DNA of 64,000 nt from Zoogloeaceae bacterium (GCA_016791025.1 JAEUNX010000082.1:33487-97486), one strand, 5' to 3'; counted from the first letter of the stretch, positions 45,761-57,912 are shown. Notes: generated by a model not told the origin, from the letters alone. Numbers and translations: made by a program.

Positions 45761-46212
45761 AACCCCAGCCCGAGGGTACCGAGGGCGATGGTCGCGAGGC
45801 CAAGAACCAGGTTGAAACCGACCCGCTGACGAATCCTGGCGAGGGCACCGGCGCCGGCCGCCCAATCCTGGGCCGATACGGCCAGGGTGAGGGCAGGCCA
45901 GGGTCCGAACCAGATCGAGACGAACACCGAGGCCATGACGAGACCGGTCAGGGCCATGACATGCCAGGCTCCGGGTGCGTGGCGAACGCCCACTTCCGCG
46001 AACATCCAGGCGCCCGAGACGAGGGTCACCGTCATGGCGGCCCACACCAGGGAAAAGAAGCGACCTAACACGGCGCGCATCAAAGTCAATCGATCCGACG
46101 GTGCGAGAATGTCAAGGGAGGGCCTCAGGCAAACATGGGCAAAAAGCATTCCCCCCACCCAGACCACCACCCCGAAAATGTGCAGGAAGAGCATCAGGTA
46201 ATGGAGCCGCAT
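45757..46212 (-). CDS. Small 4-TM membrane protein (CopD-like fold?)
   Basis: 151 aa counted from MRLHYLMLFLHIFGVVVWVGGMLF within listed ORF 45757..46659. The family call is tentative. Confidence 0.45.
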   Translation of the reverse strand: MRLHYLMLFLHIFGVVVWVGGMLFAHVCLRPSLDILAPSDRLTLMRAVLGRFFSLVWAAMTVTLVSGAWMFAEVGVRHAPGAWHVMALTGLVMASVFVSIWFGPWPALTLAVSAQDWAAGAGALARIRQRVGFNLVLGLATIALGTLGLGL

Positions 46213-46216
46213 GACC

Positions 46217-46828
46217 TCACCCTTCCCCATCCGGCCAAAGGCTGGACTGGGCCGCTGCCGCCTGAACGGGGCCAAAGCTGCGCCGATGGATAGGCGCCGG
46301 GCCGTGCCGGCGCAGAGCAGCGAGATGAGCGGCCGTAGGGTAACCCTTATGGGCCGCCAAGCCATATTCCGGGTAGCTACGATCCAGCTCGACGAGGAGG
46401 GCATCCCGGGCGGTCTTGGCCAGAATGGACGCCGCGGAGATGGCTGGCTCCAGCGCATCGCCCCCGACGATGGCCCGGGCCGGCATGGAGAGCGATGGGC
46501 AGCGATTGCCATCGATCCACGCCTCGGCAGGTCTGGGATCGAGTGCTGACACCGCCCGCTGCATGGCAAGGAGGCTGGCCTGGAGAATATTGAGGCGGTC
46601 GATCTCCTCGACGCTGGCTTCGGCCACCGACCAGGCCAGCGCGTGGGTGCGAATCTCACTGGCGAGACGATCGCGCCTGGCCGCCGAGAGCTTTTTCGAA
46701 TCTGCCAGGCCTAAGATCGGCCGGCGGGGATCGAGAATTACCGCAGCCGCCATTACCGGCCCGCACAAAGGGCCGCGACCGGCTTCATCCACTCCGCAAA
46801 TCAGGCGCTCTCGCGATTCTCGTTCCAT
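46217..46828 (-). CDS. rnhB: Ribonuclease HII
   Basis: [21 protein letters not shown] and DSKKLS motifs. Confidence 0.9.
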   Translation of the reverse strand: MERESRERLICGVDEAGRGPLCGPVMAAAVILDPRRPILGLADSKKLSAARRDRLASEIRTHALAWSVAEASVEEIDRLNILQASLLAMQRAVSALDPRPAEAWIDGNRCPSLSMPARAIVGGDALEPAISAASILAKTARDALLVELDRSYPEYGLAAHKGYPTAAHLAALRRHGPAPIHRRSFGPVQAAAAQSSLWPDGEG

Positions 46829-47976
46829 GACAGGGACTTTTTCAGATAGGGCAGGATTGCATCGGCGGCACGCTGGGCAGTGTTTTGCCGGAGGGTGAGG
46901 TGCATGTCCCGGAAACGCGCCTCCAGAGCCTTGCGGCGCGGCGCATCATCGAGCCACGCCGCCATGGCCTCAGCGATGGCAGCCGGGTCGGCCGCGTCCT
47001 GCAGCAACTCGGGCACCACGGTTTCCCGGCACAGGATGTTGGGCAGCCCCACCCAGGGCAGGTAGGCCAGCCGCCGCATAAGTTTGTATTGCCAAGGCCC
47101 CACCCGATAGGTGATCACCATGGGTCGCTTGAGAAGAGCGGCTTCGAGGGTCGCAGTACCACTGGCCACCAGGACCACATCGGCGGCAGTCATGGCATCT
47201 ACCGCATGCCCGAACAGGATGCGCAGGGGCAATTCCCCGCCATGATGGCGGTACAAAGCCTCTTCGAAAATCTCCCGGGTCTCCCGAGTTGCCAGGGGCA
47301 CGAGAAACCGGGCGGAGGGGAAGCGATCATGGAGCCGCTTCGCAACGTCGATGAAAAGATCGGCCAGATTGCGGACTTCGGATTGTCGGCTCCCAGGCAG
47401 CAAGGCGAAGACCGGCACGTCCAGCGGCAGGCCATATCGCTCCCGCATGCCATCGCGATCCGGTTCCAGGGGGAGTTCGTCGGCGAAAGGATGTCCGACA
47501 TAGCTTACCGGCACCCCAGCCCCCTCATAGAGGGCCGGCTCGAAGGGAAACAGGCAAAGCATGTGACTGACGCTACGGGCGATCCCCTTCAACCGCCCAC
47601 CTCGCCAAGCCCAGATCGAGGGGCTGACGAAATGGATCGCTGGAATCCCGGCGGCCTTCAGACGCCGTTCGAGCCAAAGATTGAAGTCCGGTGCGTCGAC
47701 GCCAATGAAGGCATCGGGAGGATCCCGCAGGAGATCCCGCTGCAACTGGCGACGAATCCCGGAAAGTTCTCGGTACCGCTTCAGGGCATCGACATAGCCG
47801 TGGACGGCGAGCCGCTCGCAGGGCCAGTGGGCCTGGAAGCCGACAGATTCCATGCGCGGCCCACCGATGCCGAAAAAAGTCGCGCCTGGCACACGGTTGC
47901 GCAAGGCACGGATCAGGTGGCTTGCCAAAAGGTCGCCGGAAGCCTCACCGGCTACCATGGCAATGCGAATACCCAT
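46801..47976 (-). CDS. lpxB: Lipid-A-disaccharide synthase
   Basis: [19 protein letters not shown]-terminus; 391 aa; synteny after lpxA. Confidence 0.9.
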   Translation of the reverse strand: MGIRIAMVAGEASGDLLASHLIRALRNRVPGATFFGIGGPRMESVGFQAHWPCERLAVHGYVDALKRYRELSGIRRQLQRDLLRDPPDAFIGVDAPDFNLWLERRLKAAGIPAIHFVSPSIWAWRGGRLKGIARSVSHMLCLFPFEPALYEGAGVPVSYVGHPFADELPLEPDRDGMRERYGLPLDVPVFALLPGSRQSEVRNLADLFIDVAKRLHDRFPSARFLVPLATRETREIFEEALYRHHGGELPLRILFGHAVDAMTAADVVLVASGTATLEAALLKRPMVITYRVGPWQYKLMRRLAYLPWVGLPNILCRETVVPELLQDAADPAAIAEAMAAWLDDAPRRKALEARFRDMHLTLRQNTAQRAADAILPYLKKSLSWNENRESA

Positions 47977-47980
47977 GACG

Positions 47981-48751
47981 TCAGCGGACGATGCCGCGGC
48001 CCGAATCCGAGATGAAGCGCGAGAATGACTCCACCTCCGGTGCGTCGGCCGCGATCTCGGCCACTTTCTTTCGCGCTTCGTCGAGGGTCAGCCCGGAGCG
48101 ATAGAGGGATTTGTAGGCACGCCGGATAGCCAGAATGCCCTCCGGGGAGAAGCCTCGCCGCTTGAGGCCCTCGCTATTGATGCCATGGGGTGCCGCAGGA
48201 TTGCCGGAGACCGTGACAAAGGGGGGGAGGTCCTGCAGCAGGACCGTGCCCACACCACAAAAACTGTGGGCACCAACGCGGACAAACTGGTGCACCCCGG
48301 TGAACCCCCCCAGGATGGCCCAGTCACCGACGGTGACGTGCCCGGCGAGCGTCGCGTTGTTCGCGAAAATGGTGTGGTCCCCCACGACACAGTCATGGGC
48401 GACATGCACATATGCCATGATCCAGTTGTCGCTACCAATGCGAGTGACGCCGCTATCCTGAGCGGTACCGGTGGAGAAGGAGCAAAACTCCCGAATCGTG
48501 TTGCCGTCACCGATTTCCAGACGCGTCGGCTCCGCCGCGTATTTCTTATCCTGGGGCTCCGACCCCAGGGAGCAGAACTGGAAGATCCGGTTGCCGCGCC
48601 CCAAGCGGGTGTGGCCTTCGATGACCACGTGGGGCCCGATCCAGGTGCCCTCCCCGATCTCGACATGCTCACCGATGATGGAATAGGCGCCCACCTCCAC
48701 CCCGTCGGCCAGGCGCGCCCCGGGGTGCACGAGTGCCGTCGGATGGATCAT
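47981..48751 (-). CDS. lpxA: UDP-N-acetylglucosamine acyltransferase
   Basis: Start moved to [12 protein letters not shown] (ATGA overlap with the fabZ stop). Left-handed beta-helix hexapeptide repeats. Confidence 0.9.
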   Translation of the reverse strand: MIHPTALVHPGARLADGVEVGAYSIIGEHVEIGEGTWIGPHVVIEGHTRLGRGNRIFQFCSLGSEPQDKKYAAEPTRLEIGDGNTIREFCSFSTGTAQDSGVTRIGSDNWIMAYVHVAHDCVVGDHTIFANNATLAGHVTVGDWAILGGFTGVHQFVRVGAHSFCGVGTVLLQDLPPFVTVSGNPAAPHGINSEGLKRRGFSPEGILAIRRAYKSLYRSGLTLDEARKKVAEIAADAPEVESFSRFISDSGRGIVR

Positions 48752-49194
48752 GTGAGGGACCTGATTGCGCACATGAGGTCGCCTTCGGCCGCGAGTTGCT
48801 CGCCAACTCGTGCCACGGCCCGGTATTTGTAGATGCCCCGCTTGGCCTGAGTGATGGTCGCCTCGAGCAACAACTGGTCCCCGGGCACCACCGGCCTCTT
48901 GAAGCGGGCGTTATCGATCCCGGCGAAATAGACCACCTGGTTTTCGTCAGGCTTGACACCGTGGCTCTTGAAAGAAAGCAGCGCCGCAGCCTGGGCCATG
49001 GCCTCGACAATCAGCACGCCGGGCATCACGGGATGGTGGGGAAAGTGCCCCGGGAAAAAAGGCTCGTTCATTGTGACGTTCTTGAGGGCAACGATGCGCT
49101 CCCCGGGCACGAGTTCGATGACCCGATCCACCAGCAGGAAAGGATAGCGGTGGGGGAGATAGTCCAGGATTTCGAGGATGTCCATGGTGTTCAC
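48748..49194 (-). CDS. fabZ: 3-hydroxyacyl-ACP dehydratase
   Basis: [13 protein letters not shown] and [16 protein letters not shown]. Confidence 0.9.
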   Translation of the reverse strand: MNTMDILEILDYLPHRYPFLLVDRVIELVPGERIVALKNVTMNEPFFPGHFPHHPVMPGVLIVEAMAQAAALLSFKSHGVKPDENQVVYFAGIDNARFKRPVVPGDQLLLEATITQAKRGIYKYRAVARVGEQLAAEGDLMCAIRSLT

Positions 49195-50216
49195 GCCGAG
49201 GATTCTCTTTGAAGTAGTTGTTGTTCCAATGCGCGGATGCGGTCCGCCATGGCATCCAGATGGCGGAGGTGGGCGAAATTCTTTACCCAGTCCTCTCGGG
49301 TCTGCAGCGGCAGATTCGCCGTGTAGACGCCGGGACGTGTGATCGATTTCGATACCAAAGTACAGCCCGATACCACCACGTCGTCAGTGATGGTCAGATG
49401 ACCGCTGATCCCGGCCTGACCGCCAAACATGCATCGCTTACCGATCCGCGTGCTGCCAGCCACCCCAGAACAGGCGGCCATGGCGGAATGGGCCCCGACG
49501 TGGACGTTATGGGCAATCTGAATCAGGTTGTCCAGCTTGACGCCATCTTCGATCACCGTGTCATCGAGGGCGCCACGGTCGATGGTGGTGTTGGCGCCGA
49601 TCTCGACATCGTCACCGACCACCACCCGCCCCACTTGGGGAATCTTGACCCAGCTCCCGTCTCGCTCCCTGGCATAGCCGAATCCGTCAGCCCCAATCAC
49701 CGCGCCGGCATGAATGATGACATCCCGCCCGATGCGGCAGCCATGGTAGATCGTGACGCGAGCGTGCAGGCGGGCCCCAGGCCCAAGGACGACCCCGTCA
49801 CCGATGACACAACCCGGCCCAATGTAGCTTCCCTCGCCGATCAGGACATCGCGTCCGATATCAACGCCGGCCTCAATCTGAACGCTATCCGGCACTGCAG
49901 AGCGAACACTGGCGGTGGGAGCGATCCCCGGAACCAGGGAGGGGACGGGGTTCAGAAGCTGGGCGACCCGCGCAAAGTAGAGATGAGGGTCGGGGACGAT
50001 GACCCGAGCGGCCACCGTCGCGTCTTCAACGTCTTTGCGCAGTATGAGTGCAGAGGCCTGACACGCGGCCAGCTGCTTACGCAGCTTCGGGTTGGCCAAG
50101 AAGGCGATATCCCCTGGACCAGCGCTCTCCAGGCTCGCCACCCGTCGAATCTCTACACTGCCGTCGCCCAACAGTTCGCCACCAAGGCGAACCACCAGAT
50201 CGCTAAGCTTGAACAT
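49191..50216 (-). CDS. lpxD: UDP-3-O-acylglucosamine N-acyltransferase
   Basis: Start moved to ATG 50216 ([13 protein letters not shown]). Hexapeptide repeats. Confidence 0.9.
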   Translation of the reverse strand: MFKLSDLVVRLGGELLGDGSVEIRRVASLESAGPGDIAFLANPKLRKQLAACQASALILRKDVEDATVAARVIVPDPHLYFARVAQLLNPVPSLVPGIAPTASVRSAVPDSVQIEAGVDIGRDVLIGEGSYIGPGCVIGDGVVLGPGARLHARVTIYHGCRIGRDVIIHAGAVIGADGFGYARERDGSWVKIPQVGRVVVGDDVEIGANTTIDRGALDDTVIEDGVKLDNLIQIAHNVHVGAHSAMAACSGVAGSTRIGKRCMFGGQAGISGHLTITDDVVVSGCTLVSKSITRPGVYTANLPLQTREDWVKNFAHLRHLDAMADRIRALEQQLLQRESSA

Positions 50217-50238
50217 CGGGGCACCCTCTGGGTCAGGG

Positions 50239-50775
50239 TTACTTGCTGTCGGCAAGCGCCTTAATGACCTTGTCGGTGATGTCGATCCGAGGGCTGGCGT
50301 AAACCGCCTCCTGGAAGATGATGTCGAACTTTTCCAGCTCGGCGATCTGCTTGACCGCCTTGTTCGCTCGATCAAGGACCGAGGCCAGTTCTTCGTTGCG
50401 CCGCTGATTCAGATCTTCGCGGAATTCCCGCTGCCGGCGCTGAAAATCTCGGTTGAGGTCGTTGAATTCCCGCTCCTTGGTCTTTCGGTCCGACTCGGCA
50501 AGGGTCATGCCGTTCTTTTCAAGGCCTTCCTGCATGGACTGCAGGTCCTTGGCAATTCTCTGGAGATCCTGATCGCGCTTCTCGAACTCCTTTTCCAGGC
50601 GCTTCTGGGCGCGCACGGCTGGCGCTGCCTCCCGCATCACCTTGTCGGAATTGACGAAACCGATCTTGGTCTCTGCCATGACCAGGGAAGAAGAGGCCAT
50701 CAACACCGCGCCCACAACGGCGACACAAGCCTTAAGTTTCACTCCTGCCTCCACTATCGCGCCGCTCCGCGGCAT
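50239..50775 (-). CDS. skp: Periplasmic chaperone Skp/OmpH
   Basis: Signal peptide, then KIGFVNSDKV... and a coiled-coil rich in K/E/Q. Start codon uncertain. Confidence 0.8.
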   Translation of the reverse strand: MPRSGAIVEAGVKLKACVAVVGAVLMASSSLVMAETKIGFVNSDKVMREAAPAVRAQKRLEKEFEKRDQDLQRIAKDLQSMQEGLEKNGMTLAESDRKTKEREFNDLNRDFQRRQREFREDLNQRRNEELASVLDRANKAVKQIAELEKFDIIFQEAVYASPRIDITDKVIKALADSK

Positions 50776-53111
50776 TAGAACGTCGAACCCAACTGGAACT
50801 GGAAGGTCTGGGTCTTGTCCCCGGTTTCCTTCTTCAAGGGCACGCCAAAGCTGAATTTCAGCGGCCCCATCGGCGAACTCCAGGAAAAAGCTAGCCCGGT
50901 ACTGTAACGCAAATCCGAGAATCGCAAGCTCTGATCCCTGCCATCCTCGTTACGGCCCCACACATAACCGGTGTCGAGGAAGGTGGAGACGCGGAAGGAC
51001 TTGTCGAGACCAGCCCCCGGCACGGGGAAGAAGAATTCTGCGTTGGCCACAATTTTCCGCGTGCCACCGAGGGATTCCCGGTCACCATCAGACTGCTGGA
51101 TCCGCGGTCCAAGCGAGCTTTGCTCAAAACCCCGCACCGAGCCAATGCCCCCGACGAAGAAATTCTTGTAGAAGGGCACCCGACTGTCGCCATACCCCAC
51201 CGCCCAACCGATCTCGCCATTCAGCATCAGGGCGTAATCTTTGCCGATCGGGAACCAGCGCTGGTGCTGGTACGAAGCTTTGACGTAGCGCAGATCACCC
51301 ACGGGTAGACTGCCCTCGAAAGTAAGGCGCTGGAACGTGCCACTGCGCGGGAAGAGAAAGCTGTCACGACGATCGCGCGACCACCCCGCAGTGCCCACCA
51401 AACTGCTCACCGAGCAGTTGGTGCTGGATCCGTATTCCTTACAGAAGTCGATGTATTGCTGGGGACTGGTGCCGTAGTCAGGATCATCAATGAATGTGTC
51501 GATCTGGGTATGGTCCACGCCGAGGCCGAAGCTCACGGCATCGTCCTCGGCAATGGGAACGCCAAAGCGCAAGCCGGCCCCCGTGGAGGCCGTCTTGTAG
51601 GGCGCGACACTGAGGGACGTAGGATTCACCGTCCGGTGATAGATATCCCATCCGAAGCTCACGCCATCGGGCGTGAAGTAGGGACGGGTATAGGAGAGCG
51701 CGAGGGTCCGGTTGACCTTGCCAGTGTTCAGGCTCAGCGTCATGGCGTTACCACTGCCAAAAAGGTTCTGCTGGGACACCGACCCAGAAAGCACAATTTT
51801 CTCCGAACTTGAGAAGCCGGCACCGAGCATCAGGTTACCGGTCGAGCGCTCCTTGACATTGACGTTGAGGTCCACCTGATCGGTGGCCGTCGGCACGGCC
51901 GGAGTCTCGACGGCTACCTCATCGAAAAAGCCAAGCCGTTCAACACGTGTCTTGGACTTGTTGATCTTTTCGCCGTCGTACCATGCCCCTTCCATCTGGC
52001 GCATCTCGCGCCGGACCACCTCATCACGGGTACGGACATTACCTCCGACGTTTATCCGCCGCACATAAACGCGACGGCCTGGATCGACAAATATCGTGAA
52101 CGCGACTTGTCGCTTGGCCTTATCCACTTCCGGGGCCGCATTCACGTTGGCAAAGGCATAACCATCGTTGCCGAGGCGATCGGTGATCGCCTTGGTGGTG
52201 CTCGTGAGCTTCTCTCGTGAAAAGATCTCGCCAGGCTTGATCGTCACTAGCTTGCGATATTCCTCCTCCGCAAAGACCAAATCGCCGGTGAGCTTGATTC
52301 CTGAAACCGAGTACTGGGGGCCCTCGGAGATGCCGAGCGTGATGTAGATGTCCTGCTTGTCGGGCGTGATCGACACCTGTGTCGATTCGATGTTGAAATC
52401 GAGGTAGCCGCGATTGAGATAATGGGAGCGCAGAGTTTCCAGGTCGGCGGAAAGTTTCGGCTTGGAATATTGATCGTTTTTGGTGTACCAGGTCAGCCAG
52501 CCCGGCGTGGTGAGTTGGAACAGGCTGAGCAGTTCGGATTCCTTGAAAACCGTATTGCCAACGATCTTGATCTGTCGGATCTTGGCGACTTCGCCTTCGG
52601 TAACGGCAAAGTTCAGTCCAACCCGATTGCGCTCAAGAGGGGTGACGGTGGTTGTAATCTGGGCCGCGTAAAACCCTCGGCTGAGGTACTGCCGCTTGAG
52701 TTCCTGCTCCGCCTTTTCCAGCAACGACCGATCGAATATCCGCGACTCCGCGAGGCCGACTTCCTTAAGCCCTTTGCGCAGGACCTCCTTGTCGAATTCC
52801 TTGACCCCCACGAAATCGATCTGGGCGATGGCGGGACGCTCATCGACCAACACCACCACCACATCGCCCTCGACTTCGACCCGCACGTCCTTGAAAAAAC
52901 CGGTCGCAAAGAGCGCCTTCACCGCCTCGGAGGCTTTCTCGTTTGTGAAGCGGTCCCCCACCTTCACTGGCAAATAGCTGAAAACGGTACCAGCCTCTGT
53001 TCGCTGGAGCCCCTCCACCCGGATGTCCCGAACCTGAAATGGATCGAAGGCAAGGGCGGGCGAGGCAACAATAAGGGCACCGAGCAGCCCGGAAAGGAGC
53101 TTGAGTTTCAT
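50775..53111 (-). CDS. bamA: Outer-membrane protein assembly factor BamA
   Basis: 778 aa. Signal peptide, POTRA repeats (IRVEGLQRT...), and a C-terminal barrel ending ...FQLGSTF. Confidence 0.9.
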   Translation of the reverse strand: MKLKLLSGLLGALIVASPALAFDPFQVRDIRVEGLQRTEAGTVFSYLPVKVGDRFTNEKASEAVKALFATGFFKDVRVEVEGDVVVVLVDERPAIAQIDFVGVKEFDKEVLRKGLKEVGLAESRIFDRSLLEKAEQELKRQYLSRGFYAAQITTTVTPLERNRVGLNFAVTEGEVAKIRQIKIVGNTVFKESELLSLFQLTTPGWLTWYTKNDQYSKPKLSADLETLRSHYLNRGYLDFNIESTQVSITPDKQDIYITLGISEGPQYSVSGIKLTGDLVFAEEEYRKLVTIKPGEIFSREKLTSTTKAITDRLGNDGYAFANVNAAPEVDKAKRQVAFTIFVDPGRRVYVRRINVGGNVRTRDEVVRREMRQMEGAWYDGEKINKSKTRVERLGFFDEVAVETPAVPTATDQVDLNVNVKERSTGNLMLGAGFSSSEKIVLSGSVSQQNLFGSGNAMTLSLNTGKVNRTLALSYTRPYFTPDGVSFGWDIYHRTVNPTSLSVAPYKTASTGAGLRFGVPIAEDDAVSFGLGVDHTQIDTFIDDPDYGTSPQQYIDFCKEYGSSTNCSVSSLVGTAGWSRDRRDSFLFPRSGTFQRLTFEGSLPVGDLRYVKASYQHQRWFPIGKDYALMLNGEIGWAVGYGDSRVPFYKNFFVGGIGSVRGFEQSSLGPRIQQSDGDRESLGGTRKIVANAEFFFPVPGAGLDKSFRVSTFLDTGYVWGRNEDGRDQSLRFSDLRYSTGLAFSWSSPMGPLKFSFGVPLKKETGDKTQTFQFQLGSTF

Positions 53112-53117
53112 GGGAAT

Positions 53118-54485
53118 TCAGCTGGAAATGAGGCGGGTGATATCGTTGTAGAAGGCGAAGGCCATGAGCATGACGAGCAAGGCCAGGCCAACCTGCTGAC
53201 CAATCTCCATCAGCCTTTCTGGGATTGGCCCCCCCTTGATCAGCTCGATCGAATAATACAGTAAATGCCCACCGTCCAGCACCGGGATGGGGAGCAGGTT
53301 CAGGACTCCAAGACTGATGCTGATCAGGGCAAGAAATTTTAGGTAATGGTCCCATCCCATGCGAGCCGACTGGCCGGCGTAATCGGCAATCGTGACCGGA
53401 CCACTGAGATTCTTCCAGGATACTTCGCCCACCAGCATGCGCCCCATCATGGACAGGCTCAAACTGCTGGTTTCCCAGGTTTGACGCACAGCTCGCGCCA
53501 AACCGTCCACCGGCCCGTACTGCACTGTCGTAAACAAATCTTCCCGGGGCAGCGCCTCTTCCGCCACCGCGATCCCAATACGCCCTACCGACTCGCCCTT
53601 GCCATCCGGCGCCGCTTCCGGAGTCACGGCCAGACTCAAGCGGGATCCATGGCGCTGGATCTCTACCTCCAATACCCGCCCGGCGGCAGGGCGGATCCGC
53701 TCCACCATGTGTTCCCAGGAAAGAACTGGCTCCCCGTCGATGGCCAGGATTTTGTCCCCCACCTCAATCCCGGCCCGAGCGGCCGGCCCCGCCTCGACCA
53801 GACGTCCGACTTCGGCGGGAATCACCGGTCGAAAGGGGCGAAACCCGATGCGGGCAATGAAGTCCCGGCCACCTTCGTCGATATCGAATCCGGCCAGATC
53901 CATTGTCAATAACCGAATGCCCTGCCTGTCCCGCTCGACCTGAATATCGACTCTCCCGGCGTCAAGAGCGTGGCGCAAGATGGCCCAACGAAAATCTTGC
54001 CAGCTGGAAATCGGCTCACCGGCGACTGCCCGCACCTCATCGGCCTCCTCAAATCCAGCCGAAACGGCCGCGGTCGGTCCAGGCAGCAAGCCTACCCGCG
54101 GACGGAGTTCCTCTGTCCCGATAAGGTTCATTCCCCAGTAGATCAGGATCGCCAGGATCAGGTTGGCCAAGGGACCGGCGGCAACGATCGCCATCCGACG
54201 ACCGACGGTCTGGCGATTGAAGGCCCGATGGAGTTCATGGGCCGCCACCGGCGCTTCCCGCTCGTCGAGCATCTTGACGTATCCGCCGAGGGGAAAAAGT
54301 CCGATCGCCCACTCGGTTCCGTCGCTACCAGCCCGCCAGCGCAAGATCGGCCGTCCGAAGCCGATGGAAAAACGTAAAACCTTGACCCCACACCGCCGGG
54401 CGACCCAGTAATGGCCAAATTCGTGGATCGCGATCAGAAGTCCCAGGCCAACCGCAAATGGCACCAGATAATCAAGAATGTTCAT
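53118..54485 (-). CDS. rseP: RIP zinc metalloprotease RseP
   Basis: Start moved to ATG 54485. IHEFGHYWVARR (HExxH), PDZ domains, NLLPIPVLDGGH. Confidence 0.9.
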   Translation of the reverse strand: MNILDYLVPFAVGLGLLIAIHEFGHYWVARRCGVKVLRFSIGFGRPILRWRAGSDGTEWAIGLFPLGGYVKMLDEREAPVAAHELHRAFNRQTVGRRMAIVAAGPLANLILAILIYWGMNLIGTEELRPRVGLLPGPTAAVSAGFEEADEVRAVAGEPISSWQDFRWAILRHALDAGRVDIQVERDRQGIRLLTMDLAGFDIDEGGRDFIARIGFRPFRPVIPAEVGRLVEAGPAARAGIEVGDKILAIDGEPVLSWEHMVERIRPAAGRVLEVEIQRHGSRLSLAVTPEAAPDGKGESVGRIGIAVAEEALPREDLFTTVQYGPVDGLARAVRQTWETSSLSLSMMGRMLVGEVSWKNLSGPVTIADYAGQSARMGWDHYLKFLALISISLGVLNLLPIPVLDGGHLLYYSIELIKGGPIPERLMEIGQQVGLALLVMLMAFAFYNDITRLISS

Positions 54486-54505
54486 GCCCTGGAATTGGGA
54501 GGAAA

Positions 54506-55696
54506 TTAATTCAGAAGACTGAGCGCCCACCGCCGACCGATCGCGTCGGCCTCGAGGACGCCTTCCAGGGAAGAGACCGTCGTGCGCTCCGCGCGTTCCA
54601 GGACCCGCCGGATCACATTCGGGATGGCGAGATACGGGATCTGATGATTCAAGAATGCGGCAACGGCCACCTCATTGGCAGCATTGAGCAGAGCCGGCGC
54701 CGATCCGCCCTCCCGAAGCGCATCGTAGGCAAGAGAGAGGCAGGGGAAGCGGACAAAATCGGGCGCCTCGAAGTTGAGCTGGCCGACGGCGCACAGATCC
54801 AGGGGTGCGACACCGGATGCAACCCGATCGGGGTAAGCCAGGCCATAGGCGATGGGAGTGCGCATATCCGGATTGCCCAGTTGCGCCAGAACGGACCCAT
54901 CGGCGTACTCGACCATCGAATGGATGACGCTCTGGGGATGAACCACCACCTGGATACGGTCGGCCGACGCTCCAAACAACCAGTGGGCCTCAATGACCTC
55001 AAGCCCCTTGTTCATCATGGTCGCCGAATCGACGGAGATCTTTCGCCCCATGACCCAATTGGGATGGGCGCAAGCCTCTTCGGGGGTGACGGCTTCAAGT
55101 TCATGGAGGGATCGACGACGGAAGGGCCCACCCGATGCCGTCAGCAGAATACGGCGTACCCCGGCTTGGTCCGGAAGACGGCCGTAATTGCCCGGCAGCG
55201 CCTGAAATACCGCGTTGTGCTCGCTGTCGATGGGTAGAAGCCTCGCGCCCCCCATCACCACGGCGTCCATGAACAGTTGCCCCGACACCACCAGTGCCTC
55301 CTTGTTGGCTAGGAGGACCTGCTTACCGGCCCGTGCCGCGGCGAGGGCCGACGGGAGCCCGGCGGCACCGACAATGGCTGCCATCACGATGTCCGTTTCG
55401 GCGGCTCTGGCCACATCCACCAGAGCCTCCGGACCCCAGAGAATCTCGGTGGTCAGCCCTGCCTCAGCGAGTCTGGTTCGGAGCCAGTCCGCACCGTCTG
55501 CATCTCCAACCACTGCCACCGCCGGACGATGGATCAAACATTGACGCAGCAGGGCTTCGGTCTGACGGCAGGCGGTCAGAGCGAAAACCTGGAAGCGCTC
55601 GGGATGCCGGCTGACCACATCAAGGGTGTTGACCCCAATCGAACCGGTGGAACCCAGAACCGTGACGCGCCGGAGCGCCGTGGGGGAACTGATCAT
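54506..55696 (-). CDS. dxr: 1-deoxy-D-xylulose-5-phosphate reductoisomerase
   Basis: Start at residue 169 of the listed ORF ([27 protein letters not shown]), an ATGA overlap with the cdsA stop. Confidence 0.9.
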   Translation of the reverse strand: MISSPTALRRVTVLGSTGSIGVNTLDVVSRHPERFQVFALTACRQTEALLRQCLIHRPAVAVVGDADGADWLRTRLAEAGLTTEILWGPEALVDVARAAETDIVMAAIVGAAGLPSALAAARAGKQVLLANKEALVVSGQLFMDAVVMGGARLLPIDSEHNAVFQALPGNYGRLPDQAGVRRILLTASGGPFRRRSLHELEAVTPEEACAHPNWVMGRKISVDSATMMNKGLEVIEAHWLFGASADRIQVVVHPQSVIHSMVEYADGSVLAQLGNPDMRTPIAYGLAYPDRVASGVAPLDLCAVGQLNFEAPDFVRFPCLSLAYDALREGGSAPALLNAANEVAVAAFLNHQIPYLAIPNVIRRVLERAERTTVSSLEGVLEADAIGRRWALSLLN

Positions 55697-56520
55697 GGGG
55701 GAAGGAAATAGATGACCAAGCCAACCAAGGGGAGCGTCGAAGTCAAGCTGTCGATCCGGTCCAGGATGCCGCCGTGGCCGGGCAAAATCTGGCCGCTGTC
55801 TTTCAGGCCCGCCTGACGCTTGAGCAAGGACTCGAAAAGGTCTCCCTGAACACTCAGGGCCGCGAATCCCAGCAGGCAAAAAGCAAAAATCACGAACTTG
55901 CGGGCGTCTTCGCCAAGCCAACCACTCAGCCAAACCATCCCGAGTCCGTAAGTCACGACCAAGGCCGCCCCGCCGACGGCGCCTTCCCAAGTCTTGCCTG
56001 GGCTGATGTTGGGTGCAAGTTTGTGCCGCCCCCACGCCCGCCCTGAGAAATAGGCCCCAATATCGGCGAGCCAGACGGCCCCCAGGGACCAAAAGAGGAA
56101 TCCTGGTCCGATCTGGCGAAGGTGGGCCAGCGCCAGCGCCGCAGGAACGAGAACCACCATTCCGACCACCAATGCAACAACCGTCGACTGAAGCCGCCAT
56201 TTACGCGATAGCCACAGGGGCACCACCACCAGCCAGAACAGGACTGCTGCGGCATAGGCGCCCGCCAGCGCCGGATGCGCGGAAGGCGTGGGTTGGGCAA
56301 GACCCGCAAGGATGCCGCCACCCGCGATCAAAATCCCAATCAACGGCGAGAAAGCGGCCTTCATCGGCCTCCCCCATCCCGCCAGGCCTCCCCACTCCCA
56401 GGCGCCTAACGCCCCAACGGCAGCCGCAAAGGCCAGCCACCCCATGGGGGGGAGAAAAAGAAGGGCGGCCAGAAAACCGGCCAGGAGGATGAGCGCGGTA
56501 ATGACCCGCAGTTTAAGCAT
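55693..56520 (-). CDS. cdsA: Phosphatidate cytidylyltransferase
   Basis: Multi-[14 protein letters not shown] and [12 protein letters not shown] motifs. Confidence 0.85.
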   Translation of the reverse strand: MLKLRVITALILLAGFLAALLFLPPMGWLAFAAAVGALGAWEWGGLAGWGRPMKAAFSPLIGILIAGGGILAGLAQPTPSAHPALAGAYAAAVLFWLVVVPLWLSRKWRLQSTVVALVVGMVVLVPAALALAHLRQIGPGFLFWSLGAVWLADIGAYFSGRAWGRHKLAPNISPGKTWEGAVGGAALVVTYGLGMVWLSGWLGEDARKFVIFAFCLLGFAALSVQGDLFESLLKRQAGLKDSGQILPGHGGILDRIDSLTSTLPLVGLVIYFLPP

Positions 56521-57298
56521 GGGGTGCCGGTGGTATTCCGGCGGAACCGACCGCCGTCAGCTGTTCGCTGGTCCGCCCGAAGCGCCGCTCCCGCAAACGG
56601 TAGGACGCAATAGCCGTGTCGAGGGCGTTGGAATCGAAATCCGGCCACAGAATGTCGGTGAAATGGAGCTCGGTGTAGGCCAGTTGCCAGAGAAGGAAGT
56701 TGCTGATCCGCTTTTCCCCGCCGGTACGAATGAAGAGGTCCGGCTCCGGAGCGAAGGCCATCGAAAGACGTTGTGCAACCTCGTCCTCGGTAAAGCCCTC
56801 TTGCCTTCCGGGAAAATCCTGCACCAGCCGCTCGACCGCCTGAAGAATATCCCAGCGCCCCCCGTAGTTGGCGGCAACCGTCAGCTGCAGACGCTGGTTG
56901 TTTGCCGTCAACTCTTCCGATTCGGTAATGAGCTCGATGAGGCTCGAATCGAAGCGGGACAAATCACCTATGACCCGGAAGCGAATCCCATTCGCATGCA
57001 TCCGCGCGATTTCCTTTCGCAAGGACCGCACAAAGAGCTGCATCAGGAACGAGACTTCGTCCGCAGGACGCCGCCAGTTCTCGGAACTGAAGGCAAACAA
57101 TGTTAGAAACTGGATGCCGCGATCGATCGATGCCGCGATCGTGTTGCGTACCGACTCGACTCCGCGGGAATGGCCGGCAACCCGAGGCATCAGGCGCTGC
57201 TTGGCCCAACGCCCGTTCCCGTCCATGATGATCGCGACATGGCGGGGCACGCCGCTGACCGCCGGAATCTCCCGAGTTGAACTGCTGAAGGGCGACAT
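56513..57298 (-). CDS. uppS: Undecaprenyl diphosphate synthase (isoprenyl transferase)
   Basis: [13 protein letters not shown] and FSSENWRRP motifs. Confidence 0.9.
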   Translation of the reverse strand: MSPFSSSTREIPAVSGVPRHVAIIMDGNGRWAKQRLMPRVAGHSRGVESVRNTIAASIDRGIQFLTLFAFSSENWRRPADEVSFLMQLFVRSLRKEIARMHANGIRFRVIGDLSRFDSSLIELITESEELTANNQRLQLTVAANYGGRWDILQAVERLVQDFPGRQEGFTEDEVAQRLSMAFAPEPDLFIRTGGEKRISNFLLWQLAYTELHFTDILWPDFDSNALDTAIASYRLRERRFGRTSEQLTAVGSAGIPPAPHA

Positions 57299-57346
57299 TG
57301 ATGTGCCTGTCAGAGCGTTGCGGCGAACGCAGATCGACCCAGGGGG

Positions 57347-57904
57347 TCAGACCTGCATTAACTCCTGCTCCTTCTGGGCGAGCAGCTTGTCGATCTCGGT
57401 AATGAAGCGATCAGTCAGTTTCTGCACCTCTTCCTGACCACGGCGCTCATCGTCTTCAGAGATGGACTTTTCCTTCACCGCGTCCTTAAGGTGGGAATTG
57501 GCATCCCGGCGGAGGTTGCGGACCGCCACCTTGGCATTCTCGCCCTCCTGCTTCACGACTTTCGTGAGTTCCCGGCGCCGCTCTTCAGTCAGCGGAGGCA
57601 TCGGGACCCGGATCACGTCACCCTGGTTGGAGGGATTCAGGCCCAGGTCGCTATCCCGAATCGCTTTTTCAACTTTACCGAACAGCGGCTTTTCCCAAGG
57701 CTGGACACCGATCGTTCGGGCATCGAGAAGGGTCACGTTCGCGACCTGATTCACCGGAACCATGCTTCCGTAGTATTCGACTTGGACGTGGTCCAGCAGC
57801 CCGGTATGGGCTCGGCCAGTGCGAATCTTGGCGAGATCGGTCTTGAGCGACTCGATCGACTTCTGCATTTTCTGTTCGGTCATCTTCTTTACTTCCGGGA
57901 TCAT
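57347..57904 (-). CDS. frr: Ribosome recycling factor
   Basis: Start moved to [33 protein letters not shown]. Confidence 0.9.
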   Translation of the reverse strand: MIPEVKKMTEQKMQKSIESLKTDLAKIRTGRAHTGLLDHVQVEYYGSMVPVNQVANVTLLDARTIGVQPWEKPLFGKVEKAIRDSDLGLNPSNQGDVIRVPMPPLTEERRRELTKVVKQEGENAKVAVRNLRRDANSHLKDAVKEKSISEDDERRGQEEVQKLTDRFITEIDKLLAQKEQELMQV

Positions 57905-57912
57905 GGCGAACC

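Noticed and set aside
55680-55700. Apparent 1-nt disagreement between my hand reading of the sequence lines and the ORF track at the cdsA stop / dxr start
   Set aside because: The ORF track shows both proteins intact, and arithmetic from it gives a clean ATGA overlap (55693..55696). I attribute the discrepancy to my character-level reading of G-runs, not to a real frameshift. This is the reason for the 1-2 nt caveat on hand-counted sites.
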